Notes: generated by a model not told the origin, from the letters alone. Counted from the stretch's first letter, positions 45,535 to 55,435 are shown. The stretch: DNA of 59,340 nt from a virus (IMGVR_UViG_3300021961_000104:1-59340); one strand, 5' to 3'. Program-made: numbers and translations.

Positions 45535-47745
45535 TTAACTTATTATTTTTGATGTAATACCTTTATTATCGTATTTTTTAATATTTAAATTAAAAACTTC
45601 TTTGTTAACTGGTTGCGATGGTGAATATCTATTTTTATTACAAGCCATCAAAGCTAAACCAGAACTAATAGAGGCATCGTGTTTTGTTCTGTTATTTATA
45701 TTAAACTTAGCCCAATCATTTAATGTTCTTTGAAAGTACATATCACCATAACCTATTTCTCTTAATCCCACAAAACTTTCTATATAAGTCTCTATAGCGG
45801 CAGCGTGAGCTTGTTTTATATCTTCACTAGAGTTTGGTATTCCACCAAGTTCTCTTTCTGTTACTGATAGTTTATTAAGTTTTTTATCAGGTCTGTTCAT
45901 TGAAAAAGCTCTATAACCTCTTCTTTTAAAATGATACAATAATCTAGGTTTATTATTTTCTGCTAATATTGGCATACCATAAAATACGCAAGCCATTAAA
46001 ACGTCTTCAAAGAATATTTCAGCTGTTTGTGGTCTAGCTATATATTCTAAAAAGAAATGATTAGGAGGTACGTCTTCCATAGTGAATTTAGTTAAACCAT
46101 GTAAAGATCCATTAGATCCTCTTTCATCTACAGTTCCAGATATATCATAAGGGTCACATCCAAAAGCACCACAATGCTCGTTTCCAGGATATTTTAAACC
46201 ATTTCTTACAATTACTTTATTTTGCATATTCAATGGAGGAACCCATGTGATTAAAAATCTACCATTTTTATTTGGCACAAATTCTACTTTAGTATCTGGT
46301 ACTGCATTTTGCCATTGAAAACTACCTCTAGTGATTGATATTGAATTTTTAAGATCTTCATTAAAATCTATCTGTTGATATATTTTAGTTAAATTAAATA
46401 AAGATTCTTTTGATTCATCTCTAAAAGCGTGTTGAGTAGTTCTTGGAAACTGTCTATAGAATTCATTTAATCCATCTTGATCGTTCTTTAAACCATCTAC
46501 TTCGTTCTCCCAGTATTCTATTACACCTTGTTTTATTAAATTACCAAAAACATCTATCACTGGTTCTTTCGGAGTATTGAATACAGGAAATCCATAAGAA
46601 TCAATGTATCCCTCGTAGTTCCATTCCATAGGTATGAACAAACTATATAATCCTGAGCGAGTCTGTCCATTGGCGTTTCTCTGTGTGACATCTGAGTCAT
46701 CGTATAATTTTTTAAAATTATCACCTCCTTTGTCTAATGCGTTAGAAGTAGATCCCATCATACATTTACCTATAACTCTCGACCCAAGTCTTAAACAAGT
46801 TTTAGTAATCCTCCAGTTGTTTAATATATTAGTTGGTCTTTCCCATTTACCACTTTCGTCGTGAACTAATAATTTAAGTTTTTCACCATCATAAGAGTTA
46901 TCACCTGTGTTTTTCCAATCTATAGTTGTATCTAGACCAGTTATATCTTGTAATTTTTCATTAGTATCAAGTTTACGTCTTGTAAATTTAGATGCTGGAA
47001 CTCTATAAGCTAATTCTGTTTTAGGACGGTCCATACCGTCTTGTATTGGTTTAAAGAAAAAAGGGTAGTTTACCGATATTGGAACTACCTTGTCTGTAAA
47101 CATTTTTTTAGCATCTGGTCCAGATTTAGATAATATTCCAAATCTAGCATCACTTGATATTGTAGCTAGATTAACTGTTTCTCCAGACGCCATGAAAGAG
47201 AATCCTGAACGTCTGTTTTTAAGATAACATATTCCGTAACATCTTTCATCTGCTTTACACGCTTCCCAGAATATGTAGAACAATCTATTTGACTCTCTGA
47301 AGTCTGGTTGACCGACGTCGATTTTTGACCACTGCAAGTACATATAATGAGTACCAGTGATGTAAGTAGCCAAACCTTTATTATAGAACCAAAATCCTTG
47401 TTCTCTTTTATTAAATTCATTATCGATGTAATCATACCATCTCTCTTTAAAGTCTTTGGGATATTCCTCCCAGTCAAAAACAGTTTTTATTTTATCTAGT
47501 TCTTTGGGATATTCAGTGTGCTCCCATTTATCGTTTTTAAATTTATGTATGTTAGTTTCTTTTGGTAATGCTATTTTTAAATTTTCTATTTCATAAACAT
47601 CACCAATTTCACCGGTCTTACTTATAACAACAACATCGTGTTCTTCGTTATAACCATACTCCCATTTTTTATACCTATTCATTCTGTCTAGAACTTTAGG
47701 TTTTATATGGTCTTTTATAATTCTATATAGAGTTTGCTCGTACAT
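45535..47745 (-). CDS. terL: Terminase large subunit
   Basis: KNRRSGFS Walker A variant, VHDESGKW Walker B, GST, GCDPYD and HDA nuclease motifs. Confidence 0.92.
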   Translation of the reverse strand: MYEQTLYRIIKDHIKPKVLDRMNRYKKWEYGYNEEHDVVVISKTGEIGDVYEIENLKIALPKETNIHKFKNDKWEHTEYPKELDKIKTVFDWEEYPKDFKERWYDYIDNEFNKREQGFWFYNKGLATYITGTHYMYLQWSKIDVGQPDFRESNRLFYIFWEACKADERCYGICYLKNRRSGFSFMASGETVNLATISSDARFGILSKSGPDAKKMFTDKVVPISVNYPFFFKPIQDGMDRPKTELAYRVPASKFTRRKLDTNEKLQDITGLDTTIDWKNTGDNSYDGEKLKLLVHDESGKWERPTNILNNWRITKTCLRLGSRVIGKCMMGSTSNALDKGGDNFKKLYDDSDVTQRNANGQTRSGLYSLFIPMEWNYEGYIDSYGFPVFNTPKEPVIDVFGNLIKQGVIEYWENEVDGLKNDQDGLNEFYRQFPRTTQHAFRDESKESLFNLTKIYQQIDFNEDLKNSISITRGSFQWQNAVPDTKVEFVPNKNGRFLITWVPPLNMQNKVIVRNGLKYPGNEHCGAFGCDPYDISGTVDERGSNGSLHGLTKFTMEDVPPNHFFLEYIARPQTAEIFFEDVLMACVFYGMPILAENNKPRLLYHFKRRGYRAFSMNRPDKKLNKLSVTERELGGIPNSSEDIKQAHAAAIETYIESFVGLREIGYGDMYFQRTLNDWAKFNINNRTKHDASISSGLALMACNKNRYSPSQPVNKEVFNLNIKKYDNKGITSKIIS

Positions 47746-48020
47746 TACTTAGATCTTCCTTCAGCAAAACCTTTAAAAGACTTTGGTTCTACTGCCTCTA
47801 CAGGTGTTTCGTTTAACAAACTCTCTTCAGCTTCTATTCTATTTAATATTTCAAAAGCATCAAATATAGCTAATTTTTTTGTAGCTGCTGCATTTTTTAA
47901 TCTATCTGCTGTAATATCATCGCCAGAATCAACAATAGCTTCTTTGGCTACTTTGATAAGTTCCTCAACTGCTACTTGCCCAGCTTGGATTATATTCAAC
48001 TTCGTTTCCTTGGTATTCAT
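47745..48020 (-). CDS. Putative terminase small subunit
   Basis: Helical 91 aa, TAATG-coupled to terL. Confidence 0.5.
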   Translation of the reverse strand: MNTKETKLNIIQAGQVAVEELIKVAKEAIVDSGDDITADRLKNAAATKKLAIFDAFEILNRIEAEESLLNETPVEAVEPKSFKGFAEGRSK

Positions 48021-48570
48021 ATTTAATTACAATATCATTAGATTTCATACAGTATAGTCTTTTGTCATCGACTAAAAATTCCCATTCACTATGTGGCGTA
48101 AAACCAACAAGATCTCCAGGATTAATTCCTAGCGCTTCTAAAGAACTATTACCGTATTTTAATATGCCAATAAGGCTTTCTTCTTTATCGAGCGTTAGAT
48201 CGCTTCTATTAGTTATTGGAGATATAAAACATCTATCGTTTATAGTATTCCAAATATTATTATGTTTGTATAAATATATTTGATCTAGCGTACATAAATG
48301 TAAATCATCTTTTAAATAAGATCTACTTTTCTTTTTAACACCTTTCATATCATAGAATGTTCTAAATACGTTCTGATGAACAACTACAATATCACCAATT
48401 GATATTTTACAATTAAAAGCTAGTGGCACTTGAACAACTTCAGCTATCCTATTGACAAACTTCCAGTTTTCTATCTTAGTGTTAACCACTAAATCTTTGC
48501 CACCAACTTTAATTGTATTATTATATTTTTCTCCAACTGGCTTTACAATAAAGTCATACAAACTTTTCAT
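47965..48570 (-). CDS. Tandem GroES-like (co-chaperonin-fold) protein
   Basis: FIVKP...IGDIVVV and CFISP...GINPGDLVGF...MKSNDI. Confidence 0.65.
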   Translation of the reverse strand: MKSLYDFIVKPVGEKYNNTIKVGGKDLVVNTKIENWKFVNRIAEVVQVPLAFNCKISIGDIVVVHQNVFRTFYDMKGVKKKSRSYLKDDLHLCTLDQIYLYKHNNIWNTINDRCFISPITNRSDLTLDKEESLIGILKYGNSSLEALGINPGDLVGFTPHSEWEFLVDDKRLYCMKSNDIVIKYEYQGNEVEYNPSWASSS

Positions 48571-48797
48571 TAGTATTCTAAATCATACTCAACAGATATT
48601 GCCATGTTAGAATTAAACTTCTTCCATGGCATTACCTCGTTGTTTTTCTTTATATATATACTATAAGAGTTATCAGATTCTTCTAAAAGTATATGAGAAA
48701 TCTCGTGACCTCCATATACTTGTTGACCTATAGAATAATGCATAGCATCGTTCTTATAGTCAGAACCTATACTTATTTTTCTTATAATTGAAGACAT
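48570..48797 (-). CDS. Hypothetical protein
   Basis: IRKISIG.DYK..AMHY; coupled to neighbours. Confidence 0.75.
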   Translation of the reverse strand: MSSIIRKISIGSDYKNDAMHYSIGQQVYGGHEISHILLEESDNSYSIYIKKNNEVMPWKKFNSNMAISVEYDLEY

Positions 48798-49057
48798 TAC
48801 TCTACTACTTCTAAGTTCTTTTCGGTTTCAATAACAGTGTATTCGCCTGTAGCAATATCTATATTGATAGGACCGTATTCTTTTTCTAGTTCAACTTTAA
48901 CTAATTCTAGTTCGTTGTTAACTTCTTTCAAACCTTGAAGTAGGTTTTGTTTTTGAGCTTCTAAATAACCAACATCTGTCAATGCTCTTGATAGTTTGTT
49001 TTGAAGATCTTTAATGTTGTCTAATTGCTCTTGTGTAATTTTGTTTACTTTTTTCAT
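48797..49057 (-). CDS. Coiled-coil hypothetical protein
   Basis: LEKEYG.INID..TGEY C-terminus. Confidence 0.75.
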   Translation of the reverse strand: MKKVNKITQEQLDNIKDLQNKLSRALTDVGYLEAQKQNLLQGLKEVNNELELVKVELEKEYGPINIDIATGEYTVIETEKNLEVVE

Positions 49058-49077
49058 TTGATTTTATTTAATTGTTA

Positions 49078-49482
49078 TTATTTACTATTATTATCACTTA
49101 TTGATTTACCTTTTTCCCAACTTCTACCAACAAAGTAGGCTCCATATACTGTAACTAGTAATGTTTGGAATATTGGTACGTATTCTTCAGCTATTTTAAA
49201 TTCACCTATGTTACCGTCAGAGAAAGCACAAATAGTAAAAACAACCGTAAGATATATTAATATCATAGGTCGAATATTTTTTGCTAAGAAAGAATCAGAT
49301 TTCATATCTGCTTCCCATCTCGCGGTTACCTGAATTTGAGCTTCGCTGTCAGCTTTTTCAAGTATTTCTTGAATTAGTCTTTGAGCCTCTAGCTTTTCTT
49401 CTTTAGTAGTGGTTAACTTATCGATGACGTCACCAACCTCTTTGATGACGCCACCTGTAAGCCATTCAATAACTTTTTTCAT
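49078..49482 (-). CDS. 3TM holin-like protein (GTA holin family-like)
   Basis: RWEADMKSDSFLAKNIRP plus two hydrophobic segments, YFVGRSWEK. Confidence 0.75.
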   Translation of the reverse strand: MKKVIEWLTGGVIKEVGDVIDKLTTTKEEKLEAQRLIQEILEKADSEAQIQVTARWEADMKSDSFLAKNIRPMILIYLTVVFTICAFSDGNIGEFKIAEEYVPIFQTLLVTVYGAYFVGRSWEKGKSISDNNSK

Positions 49483-49490
49483 TTTAAAAA

Positions 49491-50042
49491 TTAACTTTTA
49501 CCTCTATTAGTAGCGCATCCTCCGCCTTTACAACCCATTTTTCTTTTTTGGGGATTTGTTCCAACACTACCACCTAAACCTAAACCAATTTTCAAATTTT
49601 TACTTTTAGCTCCAATTGACATTCCTTGCATCGTTGGTTCTTCATACTTTGGTGGTTTTTCTTTTATTAAATCTGTAGAAGGTTTTATAGTTCCAGGCAC
49701 TGGTCCAACTCTAAGATCTTTTATAGTTTCTTTTCTAGTCTCTAAACCTTGTCTTTTAGCAAAACTTGCTTTAGCCTCAGGAGTTGCTGCTAGCCATTTA
49801 TCATATTCTGGTGTACCAGGTTGAACAAGGTCATAATTTCTTCTCTTACCGGTAACTGGAGTTTCAAATTCAAATGTTATATCTTTACCTTGTCTTTTTA
49901 TACCCGCAACTTTTTCCCTTCCTCTCTCTTCTGTCCATTCTCCACTTCTAGCGTCTTCAGGAGGAGTTTGAGAAAAAGGAGTAAAAGAACCTTTATCGTA
50001 ACCAGCGCGCATCATTACGCCTTTTTTCATTGAATAACCCAT
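49491..50042 (-). CDS. Basic low-complexity protein (leader-tagged family)
   Basis: Shares QTPPEDxRSGE with ORF 50066. Confidence 0.7.
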   Translation of the reverse strand: MGYSMKKGVMMRAGYDKGSFTPFSQTPPEDARSGEWTEERGREKVAGIKRQGKDITFEFETPVTGKRRNYDLVQPGTPEYDKWLAATPEAKASFAKRQGLETRKETIKDLRVGPVPGTIKPSTDLIKEKPPKYEEPTMQGMSIGAKSKNLKIGLGLGGSVGTNPQKRKMGCKGGGCATNRGKS

Positions 50043-50065
50043 TATTATTGTTTTTAAAGTTTTAA

Positions 50066-50704
50066 TTATCGCTTCGGTTTGCTTTTATTTAGCATGTCTT
50101 GTCTTCTCTGTTCTCGGGCAATTTCTAAATCAGCATTTTTCTTATCGCGAGTTGCTCGCATTTGCTCAAGTTTAGCTTTTTTATCTAATTCATATTGTGA
50201 TGGTGGTTTTATTGGCGGTAATTTTTTTGTCGCGATAGTACCTCCTGTAAGTTTACCATCTTGATATGTAGCTCCTCCAGTTTCTTTAATAAGTTTTTTA
50301 ACTTCTTTTACAGAAAGATCAGCTTTTCTACCCGTGTAAGTTAAATCATTACTACTATCAAGACCTACAAGTTTACCACCACCTTTTCCAAAGATATTTA
50401 TATTAAGTGATTTTTCGCCAAACTGCCCTTTGTTAATTTTAACACTAGATTTACGAGATCCTGTTGTGTAAGCTGTACCTTCAAAACCTTCCTTAGCAGC
50501 TTTTACGATTCCTTTAGCTAATTCTTTTCTTGCTCTTGGACTTACTCTTTCTGTAGATCCTTCAATTTGAACTACTCTCTCACCACTTCTAGTGTCTTCA
50601 GGAGGAGTTTGTTTGTTTGGTGTAGAATCTTGTTTAAAACTCATAGGTACACCGTTACCTGTCTTAGCGTAATCACCACGCCCTGGATTCATTTTAAATG
50701 CCAT
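50066..50704 (-). CDS. Basic protein with MAFKMNPGRG leader
   Basis: First 25 aa nearly identical to ORF 50734. Confidence 0.75.
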   Translation of the reverse strand: MAFKMNPGRGDYAKTGNGVPMSFKQDSTPNKQTPPEDTRSGERVVQIEGSTERVSPRARKELAKGIVKAAKEGFEGTAYTTGSRKSSVKINKGQFGEKSLNINIFGKGGGKLVGLDSSNDLTYTGRKADLSVKEVKKLIKETGGATYQDGKLTGGTIATKKLPPIKPPSQYELDKKAKLEQMRATRDKKNADLEIAREQRRQDMLNKSKPKR

Positions 50705-50733
50705 AATTATTTTTTAATTGTTTTAGCTATTGT

Positions 50734-51177
50734 TTAATTACTGCGTAATCTTCTAATAGTATCAGCAGCTTTTTTAATTATAGCGCCTTGTTTTTTACGC
50801 TCTTTAGTTAAATATCCTCCGCCATCTGCTCTGACGGCTTGACCTCCTTTAGCAAATTCTTCTGGGGTTGGTGTAAGTTTAATATCGGCAAGAGACTCTC
50901 CTTTGCTTTTAGCACGAGATAGTGCCATCTCCACCTTGCGCTGGGCAGCTTCCGTTGATTTTGTACCAGCGCCTTTACCAGCAGCAGCAGGAACTAATAC
51001 ACTAGCTTTTTCAACATTTGTTAGTCTATTAATTTCCCCAGATTTTGGGTCGATAACATCTTCTTCCCACTCTTGCTTTTCACCTACAGGAGGGAAATTT
51101 TCTTGACGAAAACTCATAGGTATACCTTTACCTGTTTTAGCGTAATTACCACGTCCTGGATTCATTTTAAATGCCAT
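50734..51177 (-). CDS. Basic protein with MAFKMNPGRG leader
   Basis: Leader shared with ORF 50066. Confidence 0.75.
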   Translation of the reverse strand: MAFKMNPGRGNYAKTGKGIPMSFRQENFPPVGEKQEWEEDVIDPKSGEINRLTNVEKASVLVPAAAGKGAGTKSTEAAQRKVEMALSRAKSKGESLADIKLTPTPEEFAKGGQAVRADGGGYLTKERKKQGAIIKKAADTIRRLRSN

Positions 51178-51195
51178 GTCTTTGTTTTTAATTGT

Positions 51196-51552
51196 TTAAT
51201 ATAGTCTTGTGAATTTAATTGTACCGTTATAACTACCCGTTATTTCTGCTTTTAAAGTATCTTTAGAAATCATTTCATATACACCTTGTATATTCCAATT
51301 ATTTCTTTTATTAGTTAATTCTGTTTTAACAATACCGTTTTTATAGTTTAATACTTTTTCATCAAGAGTTCTACCTGATTCTAAGTTAAAATTTAAAAAC
51401 TGAAATTCATCTTCTTCGTTATAAAGTATAACTAATTCATAAATTGAATCATCCGTTATCCAGTGACCGTTAAAATCTGAATAATTAAAGTCTACTTGTG
51501 CCATTGTGTTTAATACGGTAAACGTAAAAAACGTTAAAAATAAATTTTTCAT
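51196..51552 (-). CDS. Secreted beta-rich protein with Bacteroidota-type signal peptide
   Basis: MKNLFLTFFTFTVLNTMA-Q; FNGHW lipocalin-like start. Confidence 0.7.
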   Translation of the reverse strand: MKNLFLTFFTFTVLNTMAQVDFNYSDFNGHWITDDSIYELVILYNEEDEFQFLNFNLESGRTLDEKVLNYKNGIVKTELTNKRNNWNIQGVYEMISKDTLKAEITGSYNGTIKFTRLY

Positions 51553-51587
51553 TTGATTGTATTAGATTAAATTATATATATTTATTA

Positions 51588-51938
51588 TTACGAGTAATTT
51601 AATTTATTTGCCCTCCATGCTTCTTTTTCCCATGGTAGTGTTTTATCACCTTCTTTCATACTGGCTCTTGGGTATTTTTTCCCTTTCCAGTAAACGTATT
51701 TATCATCGTAATCTAAGTCATTTCTATATTTACCAGAACTGTCTTTGATACACCCCATTTGTTCTAGGTGTATTTTTTCATGACGAATAGCATCTTCTCT
51801 AACTTCTGGAGATAATTTTTTGTCAACTAATATAGATCCATTATTATGAGCTTCACCCATAACATCACCATCTAAGTCAACTTGGTAAATTGGCGTATTA
51901 TCCATAGACAACTTACCCATTCTCATTTTAAATGCCAT
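51588..51938 (-). CDS. Small zincin-like metallopeptidase with MAFKM N-terminus
   Basis: HEKIH (HExxH) with downstream PWEKEA. Confidence 0.7.
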   Translation of the reverse strand: MAFKMRMGKLSMDNTPIYQVDLDGDVMGEAHNNGSILVDKKLSPEVREDAIRHEKIHLEQMGCIKDSSGKYRNDLDYDDKYVYWKGKKYPRASMKEGDKTLPWEKEAWRANKLNYS

Positions 51939-51947
51939 TTGTTTTTA

Positions 51948-52388
51948 TTAAAAATAACCTTGATTAACAAGAGTGTCGAATCCACTTGAAGATAATGTCC
52001 CCTTAGAAACAGCATCTAGAGCTTGTTCTTTTGTCATTTTTTTAGATGTAGATTTAGATCTATTTCTAATTTCTTTAGTTTTATCTTCAAATTCTTGTCT
52101 TTCTTTACTAAAAGCTTCATTTCCTAAATGATCCCAATATGTATATCCAGGTTTATTTTTTCTCTTATCTCTTCTATCAGCTCTATCTTCTTGCCATCTA
52201 GCTCTTGATTCTGGAGTTATTGAACTTTTAGCTATATCAACCATATCTTTTTGAAACTTGTCAAATACATCTCTATTAGATACATATACTTTAGAATCAG
52301 CACCTTGAGAATAAGCTCCTTTTAACGGTGTGGATGGAAGATTATAACCTTTACCAGCCCAATGCTTAGATATATTAGACTTACTCAT
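51948..52388 (-). CDS. Basic hypothetical protein
   Basis: ORF track, TAATG-coupled. Confidence 0.7.
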   Translation of the reverse strand: MSKSNISKHWAGKGYNLPSTPLKGAYSQGADSKVYVSNRDVFDKFQKDMVDIAKSSITPESRARWQEDRADRRDKRKNKPGYTYWDHLGNEAFSKERQEFEDKTKEIRNRSKSTSKKMTKEQALDAVSKGTLSSSGFDTLVNQGYF

Positions 52389-52597
52389 TACTTACGTCCT
52401 TTAGCGCGTTGAGTAATTGGACCGGCGATATAGTTAGTTGGATATTTAAGAACTTCCATACCATTTTTACCAGAACTAGAACCATCACCCATTGGGAAAC
52501 CATCCATATTTAATGGACCATCCCAAAGAGCATTAGCTCCTGTCATACCATTTTTTTCTATACCTTTTACAGCTGCGGTTTTTTCTTTGTTTATCAT
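52388..52597 (-). CDS. Small Gly-rich hypothetical protein
   Basis: ORF track, coupled on both sides. Confidence 0.7.
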   Translation of the reverse strand: MINKEKTAAVKGIEKNGMTGANALWDGPLNMDGFPMGDGSSSGKNGMEVLKYPTNYIAGPITQRAKGRK

Positions 52598-53193
52598 GAT
52601 TTTTTATTTAATCTTTTTTTACCTCTTTCTTCTTTAATAAAAGATCTCATATCTTTTCTAGACATATATCCTTTTTCAAACTGTTGTTTAGCCCAATCGC
52701 GTTCATTCATAAACTCGTACTTAGCACCAAGTCTTTTGGATCTTTCACTACCAGGTTCAGCACTTTCGTATTTAGCTTCAATTCTATCTTTTCTACTTGT
52801 ATTAGTTTGAGCAAATGGACTTGATCCATACAAACCGTTCATACCTGTTGTATCGACATCTGAAATTTGACCCATAGGTGCTGCTGGTTGAGGTGGCATC
52901 AATTGTGGATTATACAAGGCTTTCATATTTTCTTGAGCAGTTGGTGAGAATACGTTTTGTCCAACATCACCCATACCGGCTTTTTGATGTTGCACACCGT
53001 TTACTACAGATGCATTGTAAGCTTGTTGAGCATTATATCTTTGCATGTGTTGGGCTGTAGCTTGTGCATTTCTTTGATCTTGAGTCAAACCCATCATACC
53101 ACTCATCATACCAGGATTTACAAACTTAGCTGGACTAGAGTGCGAAGATTTACACATGCACGCTGCTGAACCACATTTTGAACATTTACCCAT
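52594..53193 (-). CDS. Low-complexity M/G/Q/P-rich protein with Cys-rich N-terminus
   Basis: MGKCSKCGSAACMCK; internal SSPAKF and SSPFAQ. Confidence 0.7.
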   Translation of the reverse strand: MGKCSKCGSAACMCKSSHSSPAKFVNPGMMSGMMGLTQDQRNAQATAQHMQRYNAQQAYNASVVNGVQHQKAGMGDVGQNVFSPTAQENMKALYNPQLMPPQPAAPMGQISDVDTTGMNGLYGSSPFAQTNTSRKDRIEAKYESAEPGSERSKRLGAKYEFMNERDWAKQQFEKGYMSRKDMRSFIKEERGKKRLNKKS

Positions 53194-53194
53194 T

Positions 53195-53641
53195 TTATCT
53201 ATCTTTATCTTTATTTACATTTTTTATTGAAGTTATAAGAACTTTATCCATATATGTTCTACCCTTCATTATATTGTTTCTATGAATACTGGTAGGTAAA
53301 TCCTCTTCACCTAACATAATCCTATACATTTGCTTTATTAAAAGCTTACACCTAAAAGATGTTTTGTATATATGATATTTTTGTGTTGTTCTGTTTCTAT
53401 GTCTCCATACAACTATCCAACCTTCTTTTAACAAACGATTCCAGCGGCGGTTATCCCAACTATAGGAATAACTGCCAGCCTCGAAATCCTTTTTTGTAAA
53501 CATATCTATGCAGTCTAAGTATATCAATAACTCTATATCTGCATCGTTAAGATTGTTGTTTCTACAAGCCCATTTACGAATTATTCGATAATGTTTAAGC
53601 AGATTCATTGTTTTTAAATCTTCTGCGTCTAGCCTTTTCAT
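53195..53641 (-). CDS. Hypothetical protein, possible winged helix
   Basis: ADIELLIYL...LLKEGWI pattern. Confidence 0.6.
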   Translation of the reverse strand: MKRLDAEDLKTMNLLKHYRIIRKWACRNNNLNDADIELLIYLDCIDMFTKKDFEAGSYSYSWDNRRWNRLLKEGWIVVWRHRNRTTQKYHIYKTSFRCKLLIKQMYRIMLGEEDLPTSIHRNNIMKGRTYMDKVLITSIKNVNKDKDR

Positions 53642-53901
53642 AAAACAACAACTACATCTTGTACTTTTATAACGTGATATGTTTGCTTATCTATTTCTAT
53701 TTTATGACCAGCGTGCTTATCATACAATATAACGTCATTTTCTTTTAAACCTAGTACTTCGCTTCCAACAGAAAAAACTGTTGCTCTAATGTACCTTATA
53801 TCATCTCTATGATTCTCTGCAAGTAAAAGTCCACCTTTTGTTTTAGTTGTACCTTCTTTTGCTTTGTTTATGATTATATTATTACCTATTGCTTTCATCA
53901 A
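53638..53901 (-). CDS. groES: Co-chaperonin GroES
   Basis: TKGGLLL mobile loop, VFSVG, LKENDVILY, QDVV; adjacent to groEL. Confidence 0.9.
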   Translation of the reverse strand: MMKAIGNNIIINKAKEGTTKTKGGLLLAENHRDDIRYIRATVFSVGSEVLGLKENDVILYDKHAGHKIEIDKQTYHVIKVQDVVVVL

Positions 53902-55435
53902 TTCTTAAATTATTGATTACACAATCGGTTGACAGTATTGTTGTGGCTACTGAAGCTGCATTTTTAAGAGCACTTTTGGTAACAAGTAAAGGATCGATAA
54001 TACCTGATTTAATCATATTTACCATTTTTCCTGTAACCACGTCGAAACCTACACCTTTTTTGGTTGGAGATTCTACGTTTTCAACCCCTGCATTATCTAA
54101 TATTGTTTTATAAGGAGCTTGAATAGCTTTTAATAAAACATCTTCACCAACAGATTTGGCTGTTAAGTTTTTAGAAGCATTTAGTAATGCAATACCGCCA
54201 CCAGAAACTATACCCTCTTTGATAGCAGCTTTAGTAGCACAGATGGCATCTTCAACCCTATCTGTTTTTTCTTTTAATTCTATTTCAGAGTTAGCACCTA
54301 CTTTTACTATAGCTATTCTAGCTGAAAGCATTGCTAATCTTTTTTCTAGTTTCACTACTTTGTTGCTATTTTTTTCAACTAGTAATTCTTTTTTTATTTC
54401 ATCAATAACTTCTAAAACTTGTTCAGAAGGTTCATTGACTTGTAATATTGTTTCTTCATGAGAAGTAACGCTTTTAACACAAGTTCCTAAATGTTCAACT
54501 TGAATTAATTCTATATCGTCACCTAAATCTTCATTTATAATTACAGCACCTGTCAATAAAGACAAATCATCTAACATTTGTTTTTTATTGATACCGTATG
54601 TAGGTGCATCAATTACATTTACTTTTATAGCACCTTTTAACTTGTTCATAGCTAGAGCTGATAAAACACCTTGTTCTAAGTCACCTATAATAAGTAAAGG
54701 TTTATTGTTTTTTATTACGTACTCTAGCACAGATTGTATCTGTCTAATGCTATCTACTGGTGATTCTAAAAGTAATATTAAAGGTTTTTCTAATTCAGCT
54801 GTCTTTGTTTGAGGATTAGTTATAAAATGTGAATTTTTTAATCCTTTTTGATATTGAACACCGTCAACAACTTCAACAACTGTTTTACCATCTGAAGCAG
54901 TTTCCATCATTACAACACCAGTGTTGTTTACAGATCTAAACGCATCAGCTATAATTAAACCTAATTCTTTATCATTATTTGTTGATATTGTAGCTATTTG
55001 ATCTATCATATTACCTTCAACAGCAATACTATTAGATTCTAAATAATTAACAACTTTATCAACAGCTTTGTTTATACCTTCTTTTAATTCTCTAGAATTT
55101 GTTTTATCAGCAACCTTGTAAGCCTCTTCTAATATAGCATGAGCTAAAACAGTTGCTGTCGTGGTTCCATCACCTGCTTCTTGAACAGTTTTTCTAGCAG
55201 CTTCTTTTAAAAGTGTGGCACCCATATTTTCAACTGGATCTCTTAATATTATAGAATCAGCAACGGTAACTCCGTCTTTTGTTATAATAGGTCTTCCAGT
55301 ATTGTCTTCTAGTATCACACATTTGCCGCTAGCTCCTAAAGTGGAGCTAACAGCTTTTGTGAGTTTTTCAATTCCTTTAAATATATTTATTCTGGCATCT
55401 TCACCAAAATTTAGATTCTTGACTATAGCGTCCAT
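53882..55435 (-). CDS. groEL: Chaperonin GroEL
   Basis: ITKDGVTVA, AGDGTTTATVLA, DRVEDA, GGGIAL, GIIDP; lacks GGM tail. Confidence 0.97.
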   Translation of the reverse strand: MDAIVKNLNFGEDARINIFKGIEKLTKAVSSTLGASGKCVILEDNTGRPIITKDGVTVADSIILRDPVENMGATLLKEAARKTVQEAGDGTTTATVLAHAILEEAYKVADKTNSRELKEGINKAVDKVVNYLESNSIAVEGNMIDQIATISTNNDKELGLIIADAFRSVNNTGVVMMETASDGKTVVEVVDGVQYQKGLKNSHFITNPQTKTAELEKPLILLLESPVDSIRQIQSVLEYVIKNNKPLLIIGDLEQGVLSALAMNKLKGAIKVNVIDAPTYGINKKQMLDDLSLLTGAVIINEDLGDDIELIQVEHLGTCVKSVTSHEETILQVNEPSEQVLEVIDEIKKELLVEKNSNKVVKLEKRLAMLSARIAIVKVGANSEIELKEKTDRVEDAICATKAAIKEGIVSGGGIALLNASKNLTAKSVGEDVLLKAIQAPYKTILDNAGVENVESPTKKGVGFDVVTGKMVNMIKSGIIDPLLVTKSALKNAASVATTILSTDCVINNLRIDESNR

